DNA from: a virus
Lineage: Duplodnaviria > Caudoviricetes
Strand: one strand, 5' to 3'
Length of the DNA: 55,366 nt
Virus record (IMG/VR): IMGVR_UViG_3300034061_002140
Coordinates: 1 to 55,366 of that record
The notes under the pieces were generated by a model, which was not told where the DNA came from, made no database searches, and worked only from the letters and a program-made list of their open reading frames with translations. Below, piece by piece: positions 15,771 through 23,977 of this stretch; within the stretch, counting starts at the first letter, position 1; each line of letters begins with the position of its first letter. Position numbers and translations under genes: made by a program.

Positions 15771-17374
15771 GCTTGCCCCCATTCGTAGGACACCACCTGC
15801 GGGTACTTGTCCATCTTTGTGATACGGATCATGGCGGGCTTGCGCAGAATGTCTGCGTCGTACTCCAGCCACTCAATGGCCTCCTCGGCGCTGCCCGGGA
15901 TCGCGTCGATCTTCGAGCGCGTCGCCCACCAGACCTCGGCCTTCTTGCGTGCGTAGCCCTGGTGTGACACGCACACCCATTCTCGCGCCGCCACCATGAT
16001 GCCGTTGAGGTACTCCACCCGCAGGCTGGGCGGCGAGCCCTCCTTCTGGTGCAGCCGGTAGCGCACCTCGTCCACCGGCACCTCCTCAAAGAGCGCCTCC
16101 TGCTGGCTGCTCAGCACCGCCGCGGCGCTGGCCTTGTTGCCGTGCTTGATGCGCTCGGGCTCGGGAAACTTGAACCCGCAGTCGATGCACTCGGTGGCCG
16201 ATGCCGGGTTCTGGCTGCCGCACTCCGGGCACAGCTTGGTCGGCGCCTCGCCCTTGCGCGCTGCGCTTGGCAGCCGGCCCTTGATCGCGTCCACCGGGCC
16301 CATGCGCTCGGTGGTGTCGGTGAAGTCTGCCCAGAGGCAGTTGTCCTTCCCGTCGGCCAGACGCATGCCGCGGCCGGCGATCTGCACGTACAGCACGGGG
16401 CTCTTGGTGGCGCGCAGCAGGGCGATGAAGTCCACCTGCGGCACGTCGAAGCCGGTTGTCAGCACGGCCACGTTCACCAGGCACCGGATCTGGCCCAGGC
16501 GGAAGGCCTTGATCAGGGCGGCGCGGTCGTGCTTCGGGGTCTCTGCGCTCACCACGGCTGCGTTCACGCCTCTGCGCACGAGGGATGCGCATACGTGATG
16601 CGCATGGTCGATGGTGACGGCGAACACCAGCCAGCGCTTGCGGTCGGCGGCGAGCTGCACGATCTCGTCGCAGGTGGCCTCGACCAGCTCCTCCCGGTCG
16701 GTGACCTTGGCGAGCTCGCTGACCACGTAGTCGTCGCCCGAGGTGCGCACGTCGCTGGCGTCCACGCGGGTGGCGGTGGGGGCCGGCAGCAGTGGCGTGA
16801 GGAACTGCAGGTCCAGCAGCTCGCGCATCGTCACCCGGGTGGCGACGTGCGTGAACAGCGCCTCGTCGCCTGCGGTCAGCCAGACCCCGTTGCCGCGGAA
16901 GGGCGTGCCCGTCCAGCCGATGGTGCGGGCGTGCGGGCAGGGGCGCGCCAGGTCGTTGAGGAACTGCCGCCACATCCCCGTCTCCTTGGGGTTGATGAGG
17001 TGGCACTCGTCGGCCAGCACGATGTCGATGCGCCCGAGGTTGAAGGCCTGCTTGTAGATGCTGCCGATGGTGGCGTAGGTGATCTGCCGGCCGAGCTGCT
17101 TGCGCCCGGCTGCGGCGCTGTAGATGCCCACGTCGGCCTGGGGCCAGATGGCGACGATCTTCTCGACGTTCTGCTCGAGCAGCTCCTTCTGGTGGACCAG
17201 CACCAGGATACGGGTGCCCGGGTACTCGGTGTCGGCGCGCTGCGCCAGGGCCGCGATCATCAGGCTCTTGCCGGCGCCCACCGCAGCCTCCACGATGGGG
17301 TTGCCGTCAGTGTGGCGGACGAACCAGGACCAGAGCTCGTCGAGGGTGCGGGATTGGTAGTCGCGCAACCTCAC
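15767..17374 (-). CDS. SF2 DEAD/DEAH-box helicase (RadD/YejH-like) with Zn ribbon
   Basis: LRDYQ, GAGKS, DECH, TGTP, LTTGFD, QIAGRGMR, CPEC..CIDC; GTG start at 17374. Confidence 0.92.
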   Translation of the reverse strand: MRLRDYQSRTLDELWSWFVRHTDGNPIVEAAVGAGKSLMIAALAQRADTEYPGTRILVLVHQKELLEQNVEKIVAIWPQADVGIYSAAAGRKQLGRQITYATIGSIYKQAFNLGRIDIVLADECHLINPKETGMWRQFLNDLARPCPHARTIGWTGTPFRGNGVWLTAGDEALFTHVATRVTMRELLDLQFLTPLLPAPTATRVDASDVRTSGDDYVVSELAKVTDREELVEATCDEIVQLAADRKRWLVFAVTIDHAHHVCASLVRRGVNAAVVSAETPKHDRAALIKAFRLGQIRCLVNVAVLTTGFDVPQVDFIALLRATKSPVLYVQIAGRGMRLADGKDNCLWADFTDTTERMGPVDAIKGRLPSAARKGEAPTKLCPECGSQNPASATECIDCGFKFPEPERIKHGNKASAAAVLSSQQEALFEEVPVDEVRYRLHQKEGSPPSLRVEYLNGIMVAAREWVCVSHQGYARKKAEVWWATRSKIDAIPGSAEEAIEWLEYDADILRKPAMIRITKMDKYPQVVSYEWGQA

Positions 17375-18426
17375 GCCACCACCTCCGCAGTCGTGATCCC
17401 CTGCTGGTGCAGGGCGCCCTTCATGCGGCAGGCCTCGGCGGCCATGGACTTGTGCTCGAGGCGGTGCAGTTCCACCGACGTGAGCGCGGCCTGGCCGTTG
17501 CCATTGGCGAACGTCTGGCCGTCGTGGTCGCGGTACAGCACGTCGCCGTTCAGCACGTCCGTCTGCTGGCCGACCTTCTCCAGCAGGATCGGGATGTAGC
17601 GGTGCCGCTCGCAGCCGGTGCGCTGCTCGTTGAACTCCAGATCCTGCTCGTGCTCGGCGCACGTCCAGCGGGCCTGGCCATTGACCTCTGGCGTGGAATG
17701 CGCGCACGTCCTGCAGTTCACCTCGGGCAGCTCGGTGCCGTGGCAGATCTGCGAGAAGTGGCACATCTTGCACTCGTACCAGGACGGGTCGTTGCTGACC
17801 CGCAGCGGCGGCTCGGCGGCCCGGATCACCCGCTCGGCCTTGGCGCGCAGCCGGGCGAACTCCACCGCGTCGAACTCCAGGCGCTCCACGTACAGGTCGT
17901 CGGTGTTCTTGCACACCGCCACGTAAAGGGCCCGCTCCATGCCGGTCAGGCCCATGTAAGTCTGCATCTGCGCCCAGTGCTGGGGCTTGGCGGCCTGGAC
18001 CCGGCGCTTGACCAGATCGTCGAAGCTCTTCTGGTTGTGGGTCTTCATCTCGACCACATGCCAGGTCTTGGGCGCCTCGGGCACGCCCACTGCGGCGGCG
18101 TCCATGCTGCCGCCGAAGTGGTCACCGAGGTCGGCCACGCGCCACTGGGCGCCGTCGGGCGCGGTGGCGTGGACCTCCACCCCGATGGAGCGCAGGTCGC
18201 GCACGATGCGCGGCTCCTCGAGCTGGCCCGTCTGGAACAGGCGCAGCATGCGGCCCGAGAACCGCTCCTTCTTGGCCCAGTGAAAGGTCAGCCACAGGCG
18301 GCGCTCGCAGTTGTGGCCGATGATGCTGGCGCCCAGGTGCGGGCGGTGGCCGTCGTCTGCGGCAGCCTCGTAGGCGGCGAAGATCTTGGCGACGGTGCTG
18401 TTCAGGGGTTCTGGAATCGCAGCCAT
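17371..18426 (-). CDS. PD-(D/E)XK exonuclease (Cas4/YqaJ-like phage nuclease)
   Basis: LGASIIGHNCERRLW, GSMD, VVEMKT, AQMQTYM, ECKMC...C, NCRTC; ATG at 18426. Confidence 0.85.
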   Translation of the reverse strand: MAAIPEPLNSTVAKIFAAYEAAADDGHRPHLGASIIGHNCERRLWLTFHWAKKERFSGRMLRLFQTGQLEEPRIVRDLRSIGVEVHATAPDGAQWRVADLGDHFGGSMDAAAVGVPEAPKTWHVVEMKTHNQKSFDDLVKRRVQAAKPQHWAQMQTYMGLTGMERALYVAVCKNTDDLYVERLEFDAVEFARLRAKAERVIRAAEPPLRVSNDPSWYECKMCHFSQICHGTELPEVNCRTCAHSTPEVNGQARWTCAEHEQDLEFNEQRTGCERHRYIPILLEKVGQQTDVLNGDVLYRDHDGQTFANGNGQAALTSVELHRLEHKSMAAEACRMKGALHQQGITTAEVVA

Positions 18427-18770
18427 CACAGACCCTTCGCCACTGCGTGCTCGACGCTGCGGATGCGGTCCTGCACGGTGCCGCACAGGTTCAGCGCGTC
18501 GTTGACCTGCGCCTGGGTGAGGTGCAGCGCCCTGCCGTAGTCGGCGGCCGATCGGCCCATCAGGTCGCAGACCACGCCCATCACCTGATCGGCGTGCTCG
18601 TCGGGCATGTGGCGGGCGGTGGCCAGCAGCTTGATCACGCCCGAGTTGCGGTTGACGAACACCAGAAAGTCGGCGAACGAGTCGCCGTGGATGGAGCGGG
18701 CGTTCTCGACGATCTCCTCGATGGACTCGGCGGCCTGGGTGAGGATGTGCTTGGACTTGTTGGTCAGCAT
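18426..18770 (-). CDS. Hypothetical protein
   Basis: RBS AGGAG; overlaps downstream start. Confidence 0.7.
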   Translation of the reverse strand: MLTNKSKHILTQAAESIEEIVENARSIHGDSFADFLVFVNRNSGVIKLLATARHMPDEHADQVMGVVCDLMGRSAADYGRALHLTQAQVNDALNLCGTVQDRIRSVEHAVAKGL

Positions 18771-18854
18771 GGTGCAGGGCTCCTGCGGTGGTTGTACGGG
18801 CCAGCGTCCGGGGCAGGGCGCTCGCCGGTACAGGGGGCGGTTGCCCCCTGCAGG

Positions 18855-19049
18855 TCAGTCGGTCTCTGCCTCTCCGGCGCGCTGGATCGCTACGCCGGCG
18901 CGCACCGCAGCCACCAGGTCGTGCTGGCTGGCGAGCTCTGCGGTGTGCGAGGTGCGGGCGATGTGGTTCACCGCAGAAGCGCGGTTGTTGGACTCGACCA
19001 GGAACGTGGCGCCGTCGTCGCGGGTCACGCGGTAGATCTTGGTCTTCAT
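18855..19049 (-). CDS. Hypothetical protein
   Basis: ATGA-coupled 64-aa ORF in early operon. Confidence 0.7.
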   Translation of the reverse strand: MKTKIYRVTRDDGATFLVESNNRASAVNHIARTSHTAELASQHDLVAAVRAGVAIQRAGEAETD

Positions 19050-19228
19050 GCCTCACCCCCTTCGGACTCGGTCACGGTCACGCTGACCGGCTTGGTCAGC
19101 ACCGCGTTCACGCTGGCGCGCAGCACGTCGATGTGCGGGGCGGCCTGCTCGTAGGGGAACTTGCTCAGCGCGGTGATGCAGGCATCGACCGTCGCCATGG
19201 GCAGATTGATGGTCACTTCGGAAGTCAC
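19046..19228 (-). CDS. Hypothetical protein
   Basis: RBS AGGAG; ALSKFPYEQAAPHI motif. Confidence 0.7.
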   Translation of the reverse strand: MTSEVTINLPMATVDACITALSKFPYEQAAPHIDVLRASVNAVLTKPVSVTVTESEGGEA

Positions 19229-19250
19229 AGGGGTCTCCTGTAGTTGGGGG

Positions 19251-19277
19251 AAAGAAGAGGGCGGCGCAGGGCCGCCC
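19251..19277 (-). terminator. Putative intrinsic terminator after DUF669 gene
   Basis: GGGCGGC-CCTGC-GCCGCCC followed by TCTTCTTT on minus strand. Confidence 0.55.
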
Positions 19278-19285
19278 AGCGGGAC

Positions 19286-19810
19286 TCAGGCTGCGCGCTT
19301 GGCCCAGGGAGGGGCGGAGGTGCCAGCAGCGGCTGCCGGCGCGTTGGCGGGCGCCTGCGGGGCGCGGGCGGCCATGCCGGCGGCCATCGCCTGGCCGTGG
19401 ACTGGGCTGCCACCGGCAGGCTTGAAGCCGGCCACCTCGTTCTGCGGCTCGTACTGGCCGGTCTTGTCCTCGCGGATCTTGACCTTCACGCCGAACGGCT
19501 GGTTGTGGAGCTGCACCGTGTCGGTCATGCGACCCAGGCCGATGGCCTCGCAGAGCTCGCGCAGTTGCTGCTGGCTGATGCGCTCCGCATCCGCGTTGGT
19601 GTGCTGCACGTTCAGGCGCGCCCAGACCTTGCGGCCGCGGTAGCCGTCGGAGAGGATCTCCACGGTCAGCTTGAGCGACTGGCCGTTGCCCGACTTCAGC
19701 GGGACGATCTCGCTCTCGGTGACCTGACCCACGTACCAGCCCGCGGGCAGGAGCTCGTAGTTGTTTTCGCGCTTCTCAACGCTGCTGGTGTCGAAGTTGA
19801 ATTGAGCCAT
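19286..19810 (-). CDS. DUF669 family putative single-stranded DNA-binding protein
   Basis: LLPAGWY, G..LKLTVEI..GRKVWARLN, NEV.GF, C-terminal APPW; adjacent to Sak4-like gene. Confidence 0.85.
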   Translation of the reverse strand: MAQFNFDTSSVEKRENNYELLPAGWYVGQVTESEIVPLKSGNGQSLKLTVEILSDGYRGRKVWARLNVQHTNADAERISQQQLRELCEAIGLGRMTDTVQLHNQPFGVKVKIREDKTGQYEPQNEVAGFKPAGGSPVHGQAMAAGMAARAPQAPANAPAAAAGTSAPPWAKRAA

Positions 19811-19867
19811 GATGGCTGTCCTTTCATTGGCAATGTGATATGCGGCGTGATTGAAAGCCCACGCGGC

Positions 19868-20560
19868 TTAGGCTTTTCCTGCTGAGAGAACCTTGTCTGC
19901 GATCAGGCGCAAGTTCGGCGGCTCGAACATGTCCAGCACGCCAGACCTGTCCTTTGCCTCGTACGAGTAATCCCTTGCGAGCTGAATCCAGCGAGTGGGA
20001 TTGCCTTCTGCATCCTTCTCAACGCGGATTGCGCCGACGAAATCGAAGAAGTAGGCGATGCCTTGCTTCAGCATGTTTCCGGGCATTGAAGGCGAGTAGA
20101 GCAACGCCCCAGACTGCTCGTCCTTGATCTTTTCCTGCTTGCACAGGAAGACCACGTTTCGGCCTGGCAGATCGCGGAAAGCGCGGATCAGGTCCGTCAT
20201 CTTCTCTGCCAATGCGCCGTAAGCCTGGCGCGGGTCTTTGGCGTTCTTCTTCTCTGCGTTCAGCACGACTTCCGCGATCTCGGAGATCGAGTCGAGCATC
20301 ACCCACTTGAACGCTTGCCCTTCTGGGTTGTTGGCCACGAAGTCGTAGGCCTCGTACAGCTCATCAAGCGTCTTCACCTCAATCGCTGGGATGTCGAACT
20401 TGGACAGCGACAGCAGCCCAGACTCCGCGCTGATGATGATGGTGGGCTCACCAGTGGTTGAGCACAGAGTGGTCTTTCCTGCACCGCTGGGCGCGTGAAT
20501 CAGGAACTTGAGTCCTGAGATCTGAGCGCTGTCGCGTGTTGATACGAGTTTGATTGCCAT
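19868..20560 (-). CDS. Sak4-like AAA ATPase (AAA_24; putative single-strand annealing protein)
   Basis: APSGAGKTT, SAESGLLS, LDSISEI, AYG, AKDRSG. Confidence 0.85.
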   Translation of the reverse strand: MAIKLVSTRDSAQISGLKFLIHAPSGAGKTTLCSTTGEPTIIISAESGLLSLSKFDIPAIEVKTLDELYEAYDFVANNPEGQAFKWVMLDSISEIAEVVLNAEKKNAKDPRQAYGALAEKMTDLIRAFRDLPGRNVVFLCKQEKIKDEQSGALLYSPSMPGNMLKQGIAYFFDFVGAIRVEKDAEGNPTRWIQLARDYSYEAKDRSGVLDMFEPPNLRLIADKVLSAGKA

Positions 20561-20581
20561 TGGTCGTCTCCAGTTGGCGGT

Positions 20582-20896
20582 TTAGGATTCCTTGACGAAC
20601 ACGCCTTCGGGGGACATCGTCCCGCGGCGGTCCTTGATCTCGTCGTAGGCGTAGGCCAGGGCCTGCGTCAGGTCGATGCCCGACAGGTCGGCCGCCAGGA
20701 TCAGCGTCACCAGCACGTCGCCGAACCCGTCTTCGATGGCCGGCTTGTTGCCGCGCACCACCGCACCGACCAGCTCGCCGAGCTCCTCGACGGTCTTCAG
20801 GAGCTGCGCCTGGGGCGTGCTGTTGGGGATGATCCTGCGGGCCTCAGCCCAGCGGATGACCTGCATCTGCAAGTCTTGGAAGGTTGCAGCGGACAT
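20582..20896 (-). CDS. MazG-like nucleotide pyrophosphohydrolase
   Basis: KTVEELGEL..EDGFGDVLVTL..AYDEIKDRRG..GVFVKE; ATG at 20896. Confidence 0.88.
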   Translation of the reverse strand: MSAATFQDLQMQVIRWAEARRIIPNSTPQAQLLKTVEELGELVGAVVRGNKPAIEDGFGDVLVTLILAADLSGIDLTQALAYAYDEIKDRRGTMSPEGVFVKES

Positions 20897-21279
20897 CAGA
20901 TGGCCTCGATGGTGATGCTCGGCGTGGCCGGCTTGGTGGTGATGTAGGCGGCGGCGGCCTGAGCGTCGGCGCCTTCGAGCTTGCGCAGCGCGGAGACCGA
21001 GACGTCGGCCTTCCACTTGAACGCTGCGCTGGCAGCGGGGCTGAGCTTGCTCCAGTCGGCCTGGAGCTTGTCGGTGTCGACCTTGCGGTCCAACTTGTAG
21101 GTGATGGACACCTTGAAGCCGTTCTCCTTGGCGGAGACGGTGCCCTCGAGCATGTCTTGCTCTTTGAGCAGGATGGCGAGCTCGGCGTCGACCTCGCGGC
21201 GGGCTGCGACTGCAGCATCCTCGGCGCGCTTGGCGGCGATGCGGGCGGCGATCAGTTCGGTGAGAGTCATGGGCTTCAT
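20896..21279 (-). CDS. Hypothetical protein of recombination module
   Basis: RBS GAAGGA before ATG 21279; first gene downstream of the promoter at 21334-21361. Confidence 0.75.
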   Translation of the reverse strand: MKPMTLTELIAARIAAKRAEDAAVAARREVDAELAILLKEQDMLEGTVSAKENGFKVSITYKLDRKVDTDKLQADWSKLSPAASAAFKWKADVSVSALRKLEGADAQAAAAYITTKPATPSITIEAI

Positions 21280-21333
21280 GGTCTTGCTTCCTTCGTTGTG
21301 CTGCATTTGCAGCGGTTGAGAACTTGTGCGATC

Positions 21334-21361
21334 AGTATAGCCATTGTGATGCTGTAGTCAA
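21334..21361 (-). promoter_or_regulatory. Sigma70-like promoter TTGACT-16-TATACT with operator motif in spacer and a second motif just upstream
   Basis: Near-consensus hexamers; ATCACAATG at 21342-21350 and 21365-21373 (minus strand). Confidence 0.75.
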
Positions 21362-21373
21362 CAGCATTGTGAT

Positions 21374-21589
21374 TTATTCGGTGACAAATTGAGCGGAGAA
21401 CCACTCCGGGAACTCCGAGCGCATCCACTCGCAGGCGCGCTGCTCGGGCATCGTGTTCAGCAGGCTGATGATGGCCTCGCGGGCCTGGCTCTCGCTGAAC
21501 TCGGCGTCCAACTGCAGGTAGTGGCGCTGGCCGTACTGGGGGATCTCGCCGGGGGCGAGGCTGGCGGTCTTGACGAAAAGGCGGGTCAT
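21374..21589 (-). CDS. Hypothetical protein
   Basis: RBS GAGGAG. Confidence 0.7.
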   Translation of the reverse strand: MTRLFVKTASLAPGEIPQYGQRHYLQLDAEFSESQAREAIISLLNTMPEQRACEWMRSEFPEWFSAQFVTE

Positions 21590-21599
21590 GGTGATCTCC

Positions 21600-21764
21600 T
21601 CAGAAGGGGGCCGGCTCGGCGTCCACCGGCGGCTTGGGTTGCGGGGTCGGCACGCGCTTGGGCGGGGGCGGGATGGTGGGGTAGTCCAGCAGGCGCACCG
21701 GGAAGGGCCAGGGCTTGCGCTGGACGGGCTCGCGCCCGTGGTGCATGGGGTTGGAGCGGCTCAT
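21600..21764 (-). CDS. Small Pro-rich hypothetical protein
   Basis: ATGA-coupled start at 21764; WPFP..EPAPF. Confidence 0.65.
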   Translation of the reverse strand: MSRSNPMHHGREPVQRKPWPFPVRLLDYPTIPPPPKRVPTPQPKPPVDAEPAPF

Positions 21765-22141
21765 GCGGCCTCCTTGAAGCGGCGTGCGATCATGCTGGGA
21801 ACCCGCGCTGCGATCTCGCGCTCGGACGTGTCGGTCATGCGCTCGCGCAGCTCGTGGCGGGCCAGCAAGCACTGGCGGTTGCTGCCGTTGAGGATCAGCG
21901 TCCAGAGCTGGTCCACCGTGGCGTCGCTGAAGTCTTCCCAGTTGCCATCGATGAAGGTGGTCTGGCCTTCGGCCTGCTGCAAGTTCTGGTTCAACCAGTC
22001 GCATGTCGCCCAGGTGTCGGCGAGGAACTCGTCACGGGCGTCAGCCAGGACGGATTCGGGGTAGTCGTGCATGTTGGTCAGGCCGCAGTCGCGCTGGGCG
22101 AAGCCGATGAACGTGGGGCGGGTGGCGAGGGGGAGGGTCAT
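21761..22141 (-). CDS. Hypothetical protein
   Basis: RBS GGAG before ATG 22141. Confidence 0.7.
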   Translation of the reverse strand: MTLPLATRPTFIGFAQRDCGLTNMHDYPESVLADARDEFLADTWATCDWLNQNLQQAEGQTTFIDGNWEDFSDATVDQLWTLILNGSNRQCLLARHELRERMTDTSEREIAARVPSMIARRFKEAA

Positions 22142-22172
22142 GTCGATCTCCAGTGGGTGTGTCGATGGAGCA

Positions 22173-22223
22173 GACTGTATCACGATTGTGATATTGCTGC
22201 AGTAGACAATGTGATCATTGTGA
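22173..22223 (-). promoter_or_regulatory. Operator cluster with extended -10 promoter (TGaTACAGT)
   Basis: Palindrome TATCACGATTGTGATA (22178-22193); 23-bp block nearly identical to 23038-23060. Confidence 0.75.
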
Positions 22224-22415
22224 AGTCGAGCGGCGCTGCAGGTAGTCCCGCAGGTGGCCAACCGTGTTGCTCCGGTCGAGCCAGACGCCGGAGAAGCGCA
22301 CGCCGTTGTCAACCTTCTCGACGATGTGGACGCCGCCGCCGAAGCGGTACGGCTCCAGCGTCGTGTTCGGCAGCGCGGCGATCCGCTGGAGGAGCTTCGA
22401 TTGCTCGGTGGTCAT
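22215..22415 (-). CDS. Hypothetical protein
   Basis: RBS AAGGAG before ATG 22415. Confidence 0.65.
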   Translation of the reverse strand: MTTEQSKLLQRIAALPNTTLEPYRFGGGVHIVEKVDNGVRFSGVWLDRSNTVGHLRDYLQRRSTSQ

Positions 22416-22432
22416 GGTGGTCTCCTTGAAGT

Positions 22433-22600
22433 TCAGGAAGCGAGCCACTCGTCGTAGCTCTTGAGCGGCGCACCGCCGCGGGTGATGTCGCCACCCTTGC
22501 CGTTGTCGGCGCAGGCCAGATAGATCTGGTACTCCTGGTCGTTGGTGCCGCGCACGGGGGTCTGCCAGTTGGCAGCAGGGAGGAGGGCGTCGTTGTTCAT
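22433..22600 (-). CDS. Small hypothetical protein (55 aa), absent from ORF track
   Basis: MNNDALLPAANWQTPVRGTNDQEYQIYLACADNGKGGDITRGGAPLKSYDEWLAS; fills the gap with good codon usage. Confidence 0.7.
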   Translation of the reverse strand: MNNDALLPAANWQTPVRGTNDQEYQIYLACADNGKGGDITRGGAPLKSYDEWLAS

Positions 22601-22672
22601 GGTGTGGTCTTCTGGTTGTGTGTCGGGGTGACTTCACTGGCATGCGCACGATTCATGCGCATGACTGAGGGG

Positions 22673-22900
22673 TCAGGCCCAGGCGCGCAGATGGTTGGTC
22701 ACGAAGCCCTCGACGTGCGCCGTCAGCCGGGCCAGGTCGGTGCAGCCGGCATTGAGGCGGTGCTCGCTGATGCGGCCATTGCGGCCAATCGCCCAGATTG
22801 AAAACTCGGGGTCGGGCCCCGGCAAGAAGCCCACAACGACCCCGGCCTCGGGGGCGCGGGCGGTCTTGGCGGCGGCGTTGGCGATGTCGATGGCGTTCAT
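22673..22900 (-). CDS. Hypothetical protein, first gene of leftward early operon
   Basis: RBS AGGAG before ATG 22900. Confidence 0.7.
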   Translation of the reverse strand: MNAIDIANAAAKTARAPEAGVVVGFLPGPDPEFSIWAIGRNGRISEHRLNAGCTDLARLTAHVEGFVTNHLRAWA

Positions 22901-23037
22901 GTTGTTGCTCCTGAGCTGTCGTTCGGGGTGTCGGCTGAGGATCAGTTCGGAACCATCTTGCCGGTGCTCCTGTAGTGCCGTGAGGCCAGAAGACTTACCC
23001 AACTCACTCCGTGCTATTGATCACCAACCGACAGCTC

Positions 23038-23102
23038 GACTGTATCACGCTTGTGATATTCAGGAGCAGGCAAGACCACACGTTTTTATCAACAATGTGA
23101 TC
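23038..23102 (-). promoter_or_regulatory. pL/OL-like promoter-operator region
   Basis: TATCACGCTTGTGATA (23043-23058) and TATCAACAATGTGATC (23087-23102); extended -10 TGaTACAGT; immediately downstream of repressor gene. Confidence 0.75.
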
Positions 23103-23112
23103 AAGCGCAAGG

Positions 23113-23487
23113 TCACTTGCGCATGGCGTTGGCTGCAGCAATCAAGGCAGCCTGGGCCTGGGGGTCCATCGCGCGGAAGGCCTCGAGCAGCTCCTGCTCG
23201 GACTCCTGCGTCATCTTGTTCATCTGCCAGGGATCACCCGTTCCGTCGATGACCCATTGCGGGTTGCACTGCAGTGCGGCGGCGAGCTTCAGAAGACTGG
23301 GGGCGTTAGGTTTGCGCGAGGCGCCGGTGATCCAGTTGCTGATGGTGGCTTGAGTCAGTTCCATTTTGGCGGCGAGTTCGGTCTGTTTGTAGCCCCTGGC
23401 TTCTATGAGCCAGCGGATCCGTTCGCCTATCGTCGCCGACTTAGCCCACTTTGCAAAAGACCTATCAGATTCGACGGGTTTTTTCAT
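23113..23487 (-). CDS. XRE-family HTH repressor (CI-like), no S24 peptidase domain
   Basis: IGERIR..KQTELAAKMELTQATISNW.TG....P...LLKLAAAL..NPQWV..G.G; divergent from Cro-like gene. Confidence 0.88.
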   Translation of the reverse strand: MKKPVESDRSFAKWAKSATIGERIRWLIEARGYKQTELAAKMELTQATISNWITGASRKPNAPSLLKLAAALQCNPQWVIDGTGDPWQMNKMTQESEQELLEAFRAMDPQAQAALIAAANAMRK

Positions 23488-23536
23488 GCTGCAGATCACT
23501 CTCGTTCTTCATTCGTAGAAACAACGACTTGCCAGA

Positions 23537-23592
23537 CTTCACAAGGCTGATGGTCATGCAGTACACTGCCGACCTCTTTGTGATATTCACAA
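23537..23592. promoter_or_regulatory. OR-like control region between repressor and Cro
   Basis: CTTCACAAGGCTGATG (23537-23552) and TTGTGATATTCACAA (23578-23592). Confidence 0.6.
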
Positions 23593-23603
23593 CAAATTCA
23601 CAC

Positions 23604-23831
23604 ATGCACGTCGATCAAGTCATCCATTTTTGGGGCACCCAGGTCGCGGCGGCGGCTGCGATTGGAGTCACGCAACCCACGATCAGCATGTGGCGCGCAC
23701 GCGGCGCTGTACCGCGTCTGCAGCAGCTACGCATAGAGCACCTCTCAGGCGGACGCCTCAAGGCAGACAAAGCCATCCTGGGCCGTAAGCCAGTTGCTCG
23801 AAATTCTAGTCGCAAAGTATCACGCGCTTGA
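23604..23831 (+). CDS. Cro-like HTH regulator
   Basis: VIHFWGTQVAAAAAIGVTQPTISMW....VP..QQLRIE.LSGG.LKAD; ATG at 23604. Confidence 0.85.
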   Translation: MHVDQVIHFWGTQVAAAAAIGVTQPTISMWRARGAVPRLQQLRIEHLSGGRLKADKAILGRKPVARNSSRKVSRA

Positions 23832-23977
23832 TACCAGGCGCAATTGAGCTTGCGCAAGTATCACAATGCCCATATTTGACCCGGCACAGGCGGCCACCTG
23901 AGGGCGTGGGCTTCGCGGCTTCACCACACTCGCGCCGGGTCAACCTACATCTGTGAACCGCTGGAAACGAAGCCGGA

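Noticed and set aside
17371-18426. CRISPR-associated Cas4
   Set aside because: Cas4-like fold, but in a standard phage recombination module (Sak4, SSB, helicase) with no cas1/cas2 or array
22641-22663. Palindrome CATGCGCA-N7-TGCGCATG
   Set aside because: Single occurrence, no U-tract and no match to the operator; cannot assign a role
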